From an uncultured Clostridia bacterium (GTDB lineage Bacteria > Bacillota > Clostridia > Oscillospirales > CAG-382), in contig CAMZED010000002.1 of the NCBI GenBank assembly GCA_947305675.1, forward strand, positions 1 through 50,247: a DNA stretch of 50,247 bases. Direction: 5' to 3'. The position numbers and the translations under genes were made by a program. The notes under the pieces were generated by a model, which was not told the origin of the DNA, did not search any database, and saw only the letters and a program-made list of their open reading frames with translations. This document shows, piece after piece, positions 27,709-36,520 of this stretch (position 1 is its first letter; the number at the start of each line of letters is the position of its first letter).

Positions 27709-29115
27709 TCAAACCGTACCGCTTTCTTCTTTTATAAGCGTAAACTCTTTTTCGGGCAGATCGCCGACGTAAAGGTCCACCGTCCATTTGCCGTCCGCCA
27801 CCGTCCAGCGCTGGACGTGGCAGGTATCCTTATGCCGCAGCGTTATCTTCAGCCCGTTATCGCCAAGCTCGTAAGCGGCGAAAACGCTTACACGCTCAAG
27901 CGCGCCGGTATCGGGGTCAAGCCGGCTTATGTTGGGGTTGAAGTTTTTGAGATTGCAGTGGTTAAGAATATATTCGCCGTTGCCGCAGACGATCTCGTGC
28001 ACTCCGTAATCGGTATAAAGCACGGCGTGAAGCAGGTTTTCGCCGTAAAGCCGCAGGGCGTTTATCCCGACGCTGTTTTCGCCGACTTTATAGGTGACGT
28101 CGTTTTGAAATTTACGCGTTTCCGCGGTCATATACTCGTGTTCGGCAATGTACTCGAGCGCGGAAATATCGCCGTCGCCGCCTTCAAGATTATCCAGCAG
28201 CTTATAAAGCAATCTTACTTCCGTCGACATATTTCCGACTTCGCCCGTGACGGTGACGACGGTATCCTCTTCCGGGAACACCATACCGAGCTGACCGAAC
28301 GCGCCGTCTCCGCGGAACCCTCCGCGCTCGTTCAGCCAGAACTGATACCCGTATCCGGCGATCCAGTCGGGCGCGCCGTTGTTAACGTCGAGCGAATGGC
28401 GTGAAGTCGCCTCGTTTATATACGATCGGCTCAGTATCCTTTCGCCGTTCCAGACGCCGCCGTTGTAAAGCATAAGCATGAATTTTGTTATATCGTCGCT
28501 CGAAAGATAAAGCCCTATACCGCCCAAAGCGCAGCCGTCGCGCATTTCACGCCAGCGGGGCTTTTCAATGCCGAGCTTGGAAAACAGTTTTTCGTAAAGG
28601 AAGTCGACCGTCTTTTTGCCGGTCACCCTTTCGACCGCGGCGGCGCATACAGCCGTGGCGCCGGTGCTGTAGATGAAAACGCTGCCCGGTTCGTGATCCA
28701 AAGGTTCGGATATAAACGCTTTTACCGAGTCGTCAGCCCAGCGCATTTTATACAGCTTGCATTCGCCGTGCCCGCTTTGCATCGAAAGCAGATCGGATAT
28801 TTTTATTTTTTTCGCCTCTTCATTGGCGCCTTCGGTGAACTTGTCGGCAAAAAGTTCGCCCAAAGTCGTTTCGGTCGACAAAAGACCTTCGTCGCGGCAG
28901 ATGCCGACGGCGACGGAGGTGAACGATTTCGAAAGCGAATACAGGTGCATCGGATCTTCGAAACTGTAGGGCTTGAAGCAGAACCTCAAAACCGGTTCGC
29001 TCTTTTTGTATATCTGCACCGTGCGGAGATTTATCCCTTCGGACCGGCATTCCGAAAGATAATTTTCAAACGCTTTTGCGCTTATCCCCTCTGCAAGAAA
29101 AACTCTGCTTTCCAT
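27709..29115 (-). CDS. Beta-lactamase-family serine hydrolase (paralog 2)
   Basis: 468 aa and colinear with paralog 1 (YSLSKSF, YSTGAT, GYGYQFW). Confidence 0.8.
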   Translation of the reverse strand: MESRVFLAEGISAKAFENYLSECRSEGINLRTVQIYKKSEPVLRFCFKPYSFEDPMHLYSLSKSFTSVAVGICRDEGLLSTETTLGELFADKFTEGANEEAKKIKISDLLSMQSGHGECKLYKMRWADDSVKAFISEPLDHEPGSVFIYSTGATAVCAAAVERVTGKKTVDFLYEKLFSKLGIEKPRWREMRDGCALGGIGLYLSSDDITKFMLMLYNGGVWNGERILSRSYINEATSRHSLDVNNGAPDWIAGYGYQFWLNERGGFRGDGAFGQLGMVFPEEDTVVTVTGEVGNMSTEVRLLYKLLDNLEGGDGDISALEYIAEHEYMTAETRKFQNDVTYKVGENSVGINALRLYGENLLHAVLYTDYGVHEIVCGNGEYILNHCNLKNFNPNISRLDPDTGALERVSVFAAYELGDNGLKITLRHKDTCHVQRWTVADGKWTVDLYVGDLPEKEFTLIKEESGTV

Positions 29116-29121
29116 ATCTTT

Positions 29122-29553
29122 TTATTCCATCTTGCCGAGATAGATCGCGTTGCTCTTACCAAGGAAATACTGTTTTATTATGTTGCGCATATCCGAAGGA
29201 TAAAGCTCTTCGTGCAGGATATTGTCGATCGAAAGCCATTTTATTCCCACCTGGCCGTCGTCGTATTCCAGCTTTTTATCGGTCTTGCCGAGCACTTTGC
29301 AAACGAACATAAGTTCTATGCGGTGGCTGTCGCCTTTGAATCCTTCGCGTATGAACAACAGACTCTGCGGTTCAACTTTCAATCCGGTCTCTTCCGCCAC
29401 TTCGCGCTTCAACGCCTCGTCGATAAGTTCGTCCGGCTTTTGCTTTCCTCCGGGAAGATTATAATAGGTGTTGCCTTTTTCATCGCGCATTTCCACGGTG
29501 AGAAGTTTTGTGCCGTCGATGATTATTGCTTTGATCGAGTTGCTGATTTTCAT
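29122..29553 (-). CDS. NUDIX hydrolase
   Basis: 143 aa. The Nudix box is GGKQKPDELIDEALKREVAEETGL. Confidence 0.88.
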   Translation of the reverse strand: MKISNSIKAIIIDGTKLLTVEMRDEKGNTYYNLPGGKQKPDELIDEALKREVAEETGLKVEPQSLLFIREGFKGDSHRIELMFVCKVLGKTDKKLEYDDGQVGIKWLSIDNILHEELYPSDMRNIIKQYFLGKSNAIYLGKME

Positions 29554-29554
29554 A

Positions 29555-30025
29555 TTATTCGCCTTCTTTTTCTGTAATTGAGCTTTCCGCGCTGCCGCTT
29601 TTCGCCACGGTAAGCGAAAATTCGCGTTCGGTCACGTTATATTGTATGATCAAAGTCCTGCCGTTGCCGATCTCGGCCGATCTGGGATACCGGTCTCCGG
29701 CAAGGTCGATGCCCTTCATTTCGTTTAACAGACGTATATAATCGGCGATCTGCTCGCCCGTCACCCCGCTGTAATACGCCGCGGCGTAGTCTTGGGCGAA
29801 AACCGATTCTGTCGCCTCCGCGGGGAACCCGGGCAGATCGGAGGTGAGTTCACAGCTGCTCCAGGTGACCGGTTCTTCCGGCTTATCGCCGCCGCCGAGC
29901 GCGGCAAAAACCGCCGCCGCGACTATCAGCGCGACCGCCGCCGTAACGGCGGCGATCACTCCCAACCTTTTTGATCTGCCATCGCTGTTTTTCAGCTTTA
30001 TTATCTCGGATTTTATCTCTTCCAT
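29555..30025 (-). CDS. Hypothetical single-pass membrane-anchored protein
   Basis: 156 aa. It has one TM segment (LGVIAAVTAAVALIVAAAVFAAL) and an extracytoplasmic domain. It is tightly packed between operon neighbours. Confidence 0.55.
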   Translation of the reverse strand: MEEIKSEIIKLKNSDGRSKRLGVIAAVTAAVALIVAAAVFAALGGGDKPEEPVTWSSCELTSDLPGFPAEATESVFAQDYAAAYYSGVTGEQIADYIRLLNEMKGIDLAGDRYPRSAEIGNGRTLIIQYNVTEREFSLTVAKSGSAESSITEKEGE

Positions 30026-30028
30026 TTA

Positions 30029-32224
30029 TCAATATCTTTCCCGGCGCCATTTTACAATGAACAACGCCGCGGCACCCGCCAGTGCCACAAAGACTATGGC
30101 GAGTATGGCAATTATTTTGCCTTTTCCGGTCTCTTTCTCGGGTTCCGCGTCCGAGAACGCCGCGCTTATTCTCAGCGTTTCCTGCGATGCGACCGCGCGG
30201 TATTCATAAACCGTCTGCCCCGCCGCCGCCTGGATCACTACGCCGTCGACAGAGAAAGTCCTTATTATCTTGCCTTCGCCGGCGGTGAATTTAAGCGTTA
30301 CTGTCTCGCCGGGAGCGGATTCTATGCGGTAGATCGTCGGCAGCTGCGATATCGGTTCGCCGGGGGCCTTTTCGCTTCCGTCGGCGCCTACGGTGACAAC
30401 GCTGCCGTCGCCCTGATAAGATATCTCTATTATCGCGCTTGCGGGCGCGGCCGGCTCTTCTTTCACCAGGATCAGAAGATTTTCGCCGTCATAAGGGATC
30501 GAGCTTACGGTTCCGTCCGCCGCAACGGCATATGAACCCGAACCGCTCTTCTTGAACAGTTCTCCGCTTGCGCTGTCGAACAGATCGACGTTCACAAGTT
30601 CGCCGGAAAGCCCCGCTCCGGCGTTGAGTTTAAGCGTTGTTCCGGCGGGAAGACCCAGGCCGAACCCGAACGAAAACGCCGCGAAAGACGCAGCCGCGCC
30701 GTCTTTTGTAAGCGCGGAGGCGACCGAATCGAAGGTGCTTCCGGAAGTTATCCGTGCGATCACCATATCGGCGAACTTTGCGCTCCCCTCGAAAGCTATC
30801 CCCGTCGGGACGACGACCGTCCCGCCGGAAGTCACGAATTCCACGGAATTGCCCATGGGGAGCGAAGCAATGTGTTCGAACACCTCGCGCAGGACTCTCG
30901 TTTCCGACGTGACGTCGACCTTCACGGGCTGTGCCGACCATTGCACGTCGCTTACTTTTATTCCTTCATCGACGGGAACCGCGATATCTTCGATAAACGT
31001 CACCGCAACCGAGGTGTCGGCGCTTACGGTGAGCGTGTAACTTCCGCTTTCGTCAAGCGTCTGCGCCTCTCCGCCGACTTTGAAAAGGTCGAGTATATAT
31101 CCCTCTCCGGCGGCGGCGGTAAAGGTGACGGTATCGCCCGAACGGGCTTTGATTATCGTGCCGCGCCCGCCCTCTATGATCTGCGATCCCGCGGTGACGG
31201 TGCCGTTGCCGCTGACGTTGACGGTTATGTTGAACGAAGTGGGGACGGGAGGAGTGACCGATTCCGCCTCGGAAACGACCGAAATAACAAGGTCGTCGCC
31301 GACGGTGACCGAATAAGTGCCGCTTCCGTCGGCAAAGAGCTGTTCTTCACCGGCTTTGACCGAACTGATCTTGTGGCTGACCGCCGGGGCAACGGTGAAC
31401 TCGATCTGAGTTCCCATTCTTACTTCGATCTGCGAGCTTTTTTCGCCCGCGGAGGAGTTGCGCAGCGCTTCGCCGCCGATAATGCTTACAGTCGAAGGAC
31501 CGGACTGGTTCACCGTAACGGTCGCAAGGTCGTATTTGAAATCCACGGTCGTGTCGCCCGAAAGGGTGAACGCGCAGGAAGCCGATTCCATCTGAACCGC
31601 CGCGCCGTTGACGGTGAGCCTGGCTTTTGAAGGATCGAACTCATTATCGCCGACGTCGAACGTAAGCGTCACCTCGGTCCCGGTGAACAGATCTTTTACC
31701 GGGGCGGTGTAATCGAATTCGTTCTCTCCGGCGGAAACCTTTACGCCCGAAGCGCCGTTGTAACGCACCGTGAGCGTCGCCGGAACGGGGTTGAGTTCGG
31801 TCGTCACGGTTATGACGTAATCGGTATTGTTGTCGCGCGCGGTGATGCCGAAAGAGCATTCGCCTTTGTCGTTGATATCCATTATCTCGTTGTTTTTCTC
31901 GACGCTTACGAGTTTATGGCGTTCGTCGGCTTTAACGCTTACCGAAACGCGCTTCCCCGCCGTGCCGGTGAATTCGGCGGCGGGTTCTTCGGCTCCGTCG
32001 AAATAAACGAAAGCGCTGCCGGCGTCGCCGTTGACCGAAACGGTTATTTTGTAACCTTCCTCCGGCTGTTCCTCGCCGGGGCCTTCGTTTTCGCCGGGGC
32101 CTTCGTTTTCGCCGGTGTTGCCGTTTTCGCCGTTTTCACCTTCGGCAGCGGCATAAAAAGCCGGGCAGGTGAACAGTATGATCGCCGTCAGAAGCAGCGA
32201 AACGATAATTTTTAAGTTTTTCAT
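30029..32224 (-). CDS. Cell-surface protein with repeated beta-sandwich (InlB B-repeat-like) modules and a C-terminal TM anchor
   Basis: The preferred start is the ATG at 32224 (MKNLKIIVSLLL... signal peptide, GGAGGG RBS) rather than the track start at 32356. The N-terminus has G-E-N/P low-complexity repeats. Recurrent modules resemble FNITVNVSGNGTVTAG...GDTVTFTAAAGEGY. The C-terminus is IIAILAIVFVALAGAAALFIVKWRRERY. Confidence 0.7.
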   Translation of the reverse strand: MKNLKIIVSLLLTAIILFTCPAFYAAAEGENGENGNTGENEGPGENEGPGEEQPEEGYKITVSVNGDAGSAFVYFDGAEEPAAEFTGTAGKRVSVSVKADERHKLVSVEKNNEIMDINDKGECSFGITARDNNTDYVITVTTELNPVPATLTVRYNGASGVKVSAGENEFDYTAPVKDLFTGTEVTLTFDVGDNEFDPSKARLTVNGAAVQMESASCAFTLSGDTTVDFKYDLATVTVNQSGPSTVSIIGGEALRNSSAGEKSSQIEVRMGTQIEFTVAPAVSHKISSVKAGEEQLFADGSGTYSVTVGDDLVISVVSEAESVTPPVPTSFNITVNVSGNGTVTAGSQIIEGGRGTIIKARSGDTVTFTAAAGEGYILDLFKVGGEAQTLDESGSYTLTVSADTSVAVTFIEDIAVPVDEGIKVSDVQWSAQPVKVDVTSETRVLREVFEHIASLPMGNSVEFVTSGGTVVVPTGIAFEGSAKFADMVIARITSGSTFDSVASALTKDGAAASFAAFSFGFGLGLPAGTTLKLNAGAGLSGELVNVDLFDSASGELFKKSGSGSYAVAADGTVSSIPYDGENLLILVKEEPAAPASAIIEISYQGDGSVVTVGADGSEKAPGEPISQLPTIYRIESAPGETVTLKFTAGEGKIIRTFSVDGVVIQAAAGQTVYEYRAVASQETLRISAAFSDAEPEKETGKGKIIAILAIVFVALAGAAALFIVKWRRERY

Positions 32225-32257
32225 ACGCCCTCCGAGCAAAATTAATAACTTCTTCGA

Positions 32258-32286
32258 TTGACATTTGCGCGTCAATCTGTTATACT
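32258..32286 (+). promoter_or_regulatory. Sigma-A promoter for proS
   Basis: TTGACA, a 17-nt spacer, TATACT. Confidence 0.65.
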
Positions 32287-32299
32287 CCATAGTCAGTAC

Positions 32300-32328
32300 A
32301 TTATAAATTAAAAAACCGAATAATGCAA
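32300..32328 (-). promoter_or_regulatory. Sigma-A promoter for the surface-protein operon
   Basis: On the minus strand: TTGCAT (32328..32323), a 17-nt spacer, TATAAT (32305..32300). The two -10 boxes are 13 nt apart and face each other. Confidence 0.6.
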
Positions 32329-32388
32329 GACTTCTGCAAAAACAAAAGTTTTCCAAAAGTAAATTTTTCTTGAAAGGAATGAAATAAA

Positions 32389-33825
32389 TTGGCGGACAAA
32401 AAATTCGTCGAAGATATCACCTCGATGGAGGTAGATTTCGCACAGTGGTACACCGATATAGTAAAAAAAGCCGAACTCGTCGATTATTCCGGCGTTAAAG
32501 GATGTATGATAATAAGGCCTTACGGCTACGCGATCTGGGAAAACATCCAGCGCATACTCGATTCCGAGTTCAAACGTCTCGGCCACGAGAACGTATATAT
32601 GCCCATGTTCATTCCGGAATCGCTCCTCCAGCGCGAGAAAGACCACGTCGCCGGGTTCGCGCCGGAATGCGCCTGGGTGACTTTGGGCGGTCAGAACCCG
32701 CTTTCCGAAAAACTTGCGGTACGCCCCACGTCCGAAACGCTTTTCTGCGAGCATTATAAAAACATCATCCATTCCTACCGCGACCTGCCTAAGCTTTACA
32801 ATCAGTGGTGCAACGTCGTCCGCTGGGAAAAAACCACCCGTCCCTTCCTGCGCACTTCGGAATTCCTGTGGCAGGAGGGCCACACTATGCACGAGACCGA
32901 GGAGGAAGCTATCGCCGAGACGAGACGTATGCTCGACGTCTATACCGATTTTTACGAAAAAGCGCTTGCCATCCCGGTTGTACGCGGCAAAAAGACCGAA
33001 AAGGAAAAGTTCGCCGGCGCCGTCGAAACCTATACCGTCGAACCCATGATGCACAACGGTTTTGCGCTTCAGGGCGGCACGTCGCATTATTTCGGCGACG
33101 GATTCGCCAAGGCTTTCGGTATCACGTTCACCGGCAGGGACAATTCGCTTAAAAATCCGTTCCAGACGTCCTGGGGCGTTTCGACGCGTATGATCGGCGC
33201 GATCATTATGACTCACGGCGACGACAACGGTCTGGTGCTTCCGCCCGCGGTAGCGCCGATACAGATCGCCGTAATTCCCGTCGCCCAGCACAAAGAGGGC
33301 GTGCTGGAACGCGCACGCGCGCTTGCCGAAGAACTTTCAAGCAGGTTTCGCGTAAAACTTGACGACAGCGAAAACAGCACCGGCTGGAAGTTCTCGCAGT
33401 ACGAGATGAAGGGCGTTCCTTTGCGTCTCGAGATCGGACCGAGAGATATCGAGAACAATTCCTGCGTTCTTGTTTCGCGCGTTACGAGGGAAAAGACCGT
33501 CGTCTCGCTCGGGAACATCTGCGAAACAGTATCCGCCTCGCTCGAAAAAGTCCGCGCGGAACTTTACGACCGCGCCGCCGCAAACCTTTCCGAGCGCACT
33601 TCCGTCGCACACGATTACGACGAATTCCTTAAGATCGCCTCTGAAAAAAGCGGCTTCATAAAGGCTATGTGGTGCGGCGACAGCGCTTGCGAGGACAAGA
33701 TAAAAGACGATACGAACGGAGTAAAATCCCGCTGCATCCCGTTCGAGGAAGAGCATATCGGCGACGTCTGCGTCTGCTGCGGAAAACCCGCAAAACATAT
33801 GGTTGTCTGGGGCAGGCAGTATTGA
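32389..33825 (+). CDS. proS: Proline--tRNA ligase (archaeal/eukaryote-like short form)
   Basis: 478 aa. [39 protein letters not shown], class II motifs and a C-terminal Zn-type CxxC are present. A TTG start is inferred because the homologous N-terminus precedes the first ATG. Confidence 0.88.
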   Translation: MADKKFVEDITSMEVDFAQWYTDIVKKAELVDYSGVKGCMIIRPYGYAIWENIQRILDSEFKRLGHENVYMPMFIPESLLQREKDHVAGFAPECAWVTLGGQNPLSEKLAVRPTSETLFCEHYKNIIHSYRDLPKLYNQWCNVVRWEKTTRPFLRTSEFLWQEGHTMHETEEEAIAETRRMLDVYTDFYEKALAIPVVRGKKTEKEKFAGAVETYTVEPMMHNGFALQGGTSHYFGDGFAKAFGITFTGRDNSLKNPFQTSWGVSTRMIGAIIMTHGDDNGLVLPPAVAPIQIAVIPVAQHKEGVLERARALAEELSSRFRVKLDDSENSTGWKFSQYEMKGVPLRLEIGPRDIENNSCVLVSRVTREKTVVSLGNICETVSASLEKVRAELYDRAAANLSERTSVAHDYDEFLKIASEKSGFIKAMWCGDSACEDKIKDDTNGVKSRCIPFEEEHIGDVCVCCGKPAKHMVVWGRQY

Positions 33826-33854
33826 TCCTTTGAGATCCGCGGCATAAAAACGGT

Positions 33855-33890
33855 CATCCCGGAGCGTTTGCTTCCGGGATGGTTTTTTTG
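33855..33890 (+). terminator. Rho-independent terminator after proS
   Basis: The hairpin is catcccgga-gcgtttgct-tccgggatg, followed by gtttttttgttttt. Confidence 0.75.
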
Positions 33891-33931
33891 TTTTTGCACC
33901 GATCTTCTTGAATATTAAGTTAAACTATTCC

Positions 33932-33960
33932 TTGACATATTCCCCGCGGGGTGTTATTAT
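33932..33960 (+). promoter_or_regulatory. Sigma-A promoter (extended -10) for the minD-like/hisS/aspS operon
   Basis: TTGACA, a 17-nt spacer and TATTAT preceded by TGt. Only about 40 nt separate the -10 box from the ATG at 34000. Confidence 0.6.
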
Positions 33961-33999
33961 TTATATGTATAAGTTTGCGATAAAGGCGGTGACAACAAA

Positions 34000-34806
34000 A
34001 TGGGCAGAGTGATCTTCGTTACCGGCTTCAAGGGCGGAGTGGGAAAGACCACCGTGGCAGCCAACGTCGCGTCGAGCCTTCACTTTATGGGCAGCCGCGT
34101 GCTGGTGATCGACGGCGATTTCGGTATGCGGTGTATGGATATGGTCCTCGGAGTCGAAAGCGAAGCCCTGTTTGACTGCAGCGACGTTCTGCTCGGCAGG
34201 TGCTCGCCCGCGGCGGCAACGGTTTCCGTCGGCGGCGACGATTCGTTCGCCTTTATCCCCGCACCGATGAACTTTGATTGCGAACCGATCCCGAAAACCG
34301 CCTATTCCGAACTGATCTCGGCGGTGCGCGGAGAATACGATTACATAATCATTGATTCCTGCGCCGAGATGACCGATTATTACACCGCGTTTGCCGGACA
34401 AGCCGACGAGGCGGTGATAGTAACGCTTCATCAGTCGACTTCGGTGCGCGCCGCCGAAAAGACGGCGTCAAGGCTTTCGCTGTTGGGAATAAAACGGCTT
34501 TCGCTCGTCGTCAACGGCTATCGGGAAGAACTTGCCGCGGACGGGAAGCTTCCCGGCATCCCCGATATCATCGAGCGCTCGTCGGTGAAACTGTTGGGAG
34601 TCGTCCCCTACGGCGAACGGTTTCAGGCGGCGCAGGAAGCCGCCGAACTGGCTTTTACCGGCGACCGGCGCAGAAGAGCCGCCGAATGTGAAGCCGCGTT
34701 TTTCAATATCGCGGCAAGGATCGCCGGCAAAAGAGTGAAACTGTTCGAGGATGTCGAAGAACCGAAGAAGCGCGCAAAATATTTGAAAAGAGAGGCAGAA
34801 TTATGA
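34000..34806 (+). CDS. MinD/ParA-family P-loop ATPase (orphan, no minC/minE nearby)
   Basis: 268 aa. The deviant Walker A is GFKGGVGKTT. Also present are VIDGDFGMRCMDMVLG and IIIDSCAE. It is colinear with MinD. Confidence 0.8.
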   Translation: MGRVIFVTGFKGGVGKTTVAANVASSLHFMGSRVLVIDGDFGMRCMDMVLGVESEALFDCSDVLLGRCSPAAATVSVGGDDSFAFIPAPMNFDCEPIPKTAYSELISAVRGEYDYIIIDSCAEMTDYYTAFAGQADEAVIVTLHQSTSVRAAEKTASRLSLLGIKRLSLVVNGYREELAADGKLPGIPDIIERSSVKLLGVVPYGERFQAAQEAAELAFTGDRRRRAAECEAAFFNIAARIAGKRVKLFEDVEEPKKRAKYLKREAEL

Positions 34807-35216
34807 ATATCGCTATAATAGCCAACGACAAGAAAAAAGAACTTATAACCGAGTTTTGCATTGCCTATTGCGGGATACTTTCGCGCCACCGCATCTGCGC
34901 TACCGCGATAACCGGGAAGTATATTTCCGAGGCGACCGGGCTGAACATCGAAAAGCTTCTTGCCGGGACTCACGGCGGGAGCGAACAGATAGCTTCAAAA
35001 ATCGCGTACGGCGAAGTCGATCTGCTTATTCTCCTGCGCGATCCGTCAAACGACGCCGAATATGCCGATACCGAGCACGCGCTTGTTAAACTGTGCGATA
35101 AATACACCATTCCCGTTGCCACCAACATCGCCACCGCCGAGGCGCTTATCCTTGCGCTCGACAGAGGCGATCTCGACTGGCTCGCAAACGTAAAACACGG
35201 AGAAAAAACATTATGA
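34803..35216 (+). CDS. Methylglyoxal synthase-like (MGS fold) protein lacking the catalytic residues
   Basis: 137 aa and colinear with E. coli and B. subtilis MgsA. AHD is replaced by AND, GGDQQ by GGSEQ, PH(D/E)PD by EYADT, and ATGTTG by ATAITG. ATGA overlaps occur with both neighbours. Confidence 0.75.
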   Translation: MNIAIIANDKKKELITEFCIAYCGILSRHRICATAITGKYISEATGLNIEKLLAGTHGGSEQIASKIAYGEVDLLILLRDPSNDAEYADTEHALVKLCDKYTIPVATNIATAEALILALDRGDLDWLANVKHGEKTL

Positions 35217-36472
35217 ATCCGATAAAAAAGCCCAAAGGAACGCTTGACATACTGCCCGAGGAATCGGCGGTGTGGCAGGCTTTGGAGGACAAAATAAGGA
35301 AAGCCGCCCGCAGAAGCGGGTTTTCGGAGATAAGAGTCCCGACGTTCGAGTTTACCGAGCTGTTTTGCCGCGGAGTCGGAGACACCACCGACGTCGTGAA
35401 CAAAGAGATGTACACCTTTACCGACAAGGACGGTTCGAGCCTTTCGCTCCGCCCGGAAGGAACGGCGGGGGTAGCCCGCGCGGTGATCGAAAACGGGCTT
35501 TATGCCGGAGCTCTTCCGCTTAAACTGTTCTATCTTTCCAACTTTTTCCGTCACGAAAAACCCCAGGCGGGCAGAACGCGTGAGTTCTGGCAGTTCGGCG
35601 TCGAACTTTACGGAAGCGGTTCTCCGCTCGCTGACGCCGAGGTGATCATGCTCGCCGACGGCCTGTTCAGGTCGCTCGGGCTTGACAATATCACCCTGCG
35701 TATTAATTCCATCGGTGACGGGAAATGCCGTCCGGAGTTCCGCCGCGCGCTTATAGAATATTTCGAAGGACACGCCGAAAGCCTTTGCCCCACCTGTAAA
35801 GAAAGGCTTCACAAGAACCCTCTGCGCATACTCGATTGCAAAAACCCCGAATGCAAAGAGATCTCTAAGGGCGCTCCCAAAACGCTCGATCACCTCTGCG
35901 AGGAATGCGGAACGCATTTCGAGGAGCTTAAAAAATGCCTCGATTCCTGCGGGGTCAAATACGTTGTCGACCCGATGATCGTCCGCGGGCTGGATTATTA
36001 TAACGGCACCGTGTTCGAGTTCACCGTGGATTCCATCGGCGCGCAAAGTACCGTTTGCGGCGGCGGCAGATACGATACGCTTCTCGGATCGATCGGCGGA
36101 CCGGATATGCCCGCCGTCGGGTTCGGTATGGGCATTACCCGCCTTATCCGTGCGCTCGAAGACGAGGGCAAGCTCCCGTCGCCCGATACCGGCGCGGATA
36201 TATATGTCGCCTCGCTCGGCGAAGCGGCGCGCGCGGCTTCGTTCAAACTCGCTCAGGAACTGCGCTCGGCGGGAATAAACGCCGATTACGACGTATGCGC
36301 CAGATCGCTGAAAGCCCAGATGAAATATGCCGACAAAACCGGTGCGAAAAACGTTATGGTCCTGGGCGACAACGAACTCGCCGCGGGCGAGGCGGAGCTT
36401 AAAGATCTGCGCTCCGGCGAAAAACGCGCCGCGAAGATCGACGCGCGAAGCATTGCCGAAATGCTGGCTTAA
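35213..36472 (+). CDS. hisS: Histidine--tRNA ligase
   Basis: 419 aa. KGTLDILPEE, LSLRPEGTAGVAR, FRHEKPQAGRTREFWQ and GGGRYD are present. Confidence 0.93.
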   Translation: MNPIKKPKGTLDILPEESAVWQALEDKIRKAARRSGFSEIRVPTFEFTELFCRGVGDTTDVVNKEMYTFTDKDGSSLSLRPEGTAGVARAVIENGLYAGALPLKLFYLSNFFRHEKPQAGRTREFWQFGVELYGSGSPLADAEVIMLADGLFRSLGLDNITLRINSIGDGKCRPEFRRALIEYFEGHAESLCPTCKERLHKNPLRILDCKNPECKEISKGAPKTLDHLCEECGTHFEELKKCLDSCGVKYVVDPMIVRGLDYYNGTVFEFTVDSIGAQSTVCGGGRYDTLLGSIGGPDMPAVGFGMGITRLIRALEDEGKLPSPDTGADIYVASLGEAARAASFKLAQELRSAGINADYDVCARSLKAQMKYADKTGAKNVMVLGDNELAAGEAELKDLRSGEKRAAKIDARSIAEMLA

Positions 36473-36520
36473 GTTTGTTTTAACTTTTGAAATTATAATC
36501 AATACAGAAGGTATAAAATC

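Noticed and set aside
32225-32356. The N-terminal extension of the surface-protein ORF (MENFCFCRS...).
   Set aside because: The signal peptide and a strong GGAGGG RBS are at the internal ATG (32224). The extension would also cover both mapped promoters.
33826-36520. Expected T-box leaders upstream of hisS and aspS, and likewise upstream of proS at 32287-32388.
   Set aside because: The leaders are only about 40-100 nt long, and no T-box-like conserved sequence or terminator/antiterminator pair was seen by eye. Absence should still be confirmed with a covariance model.
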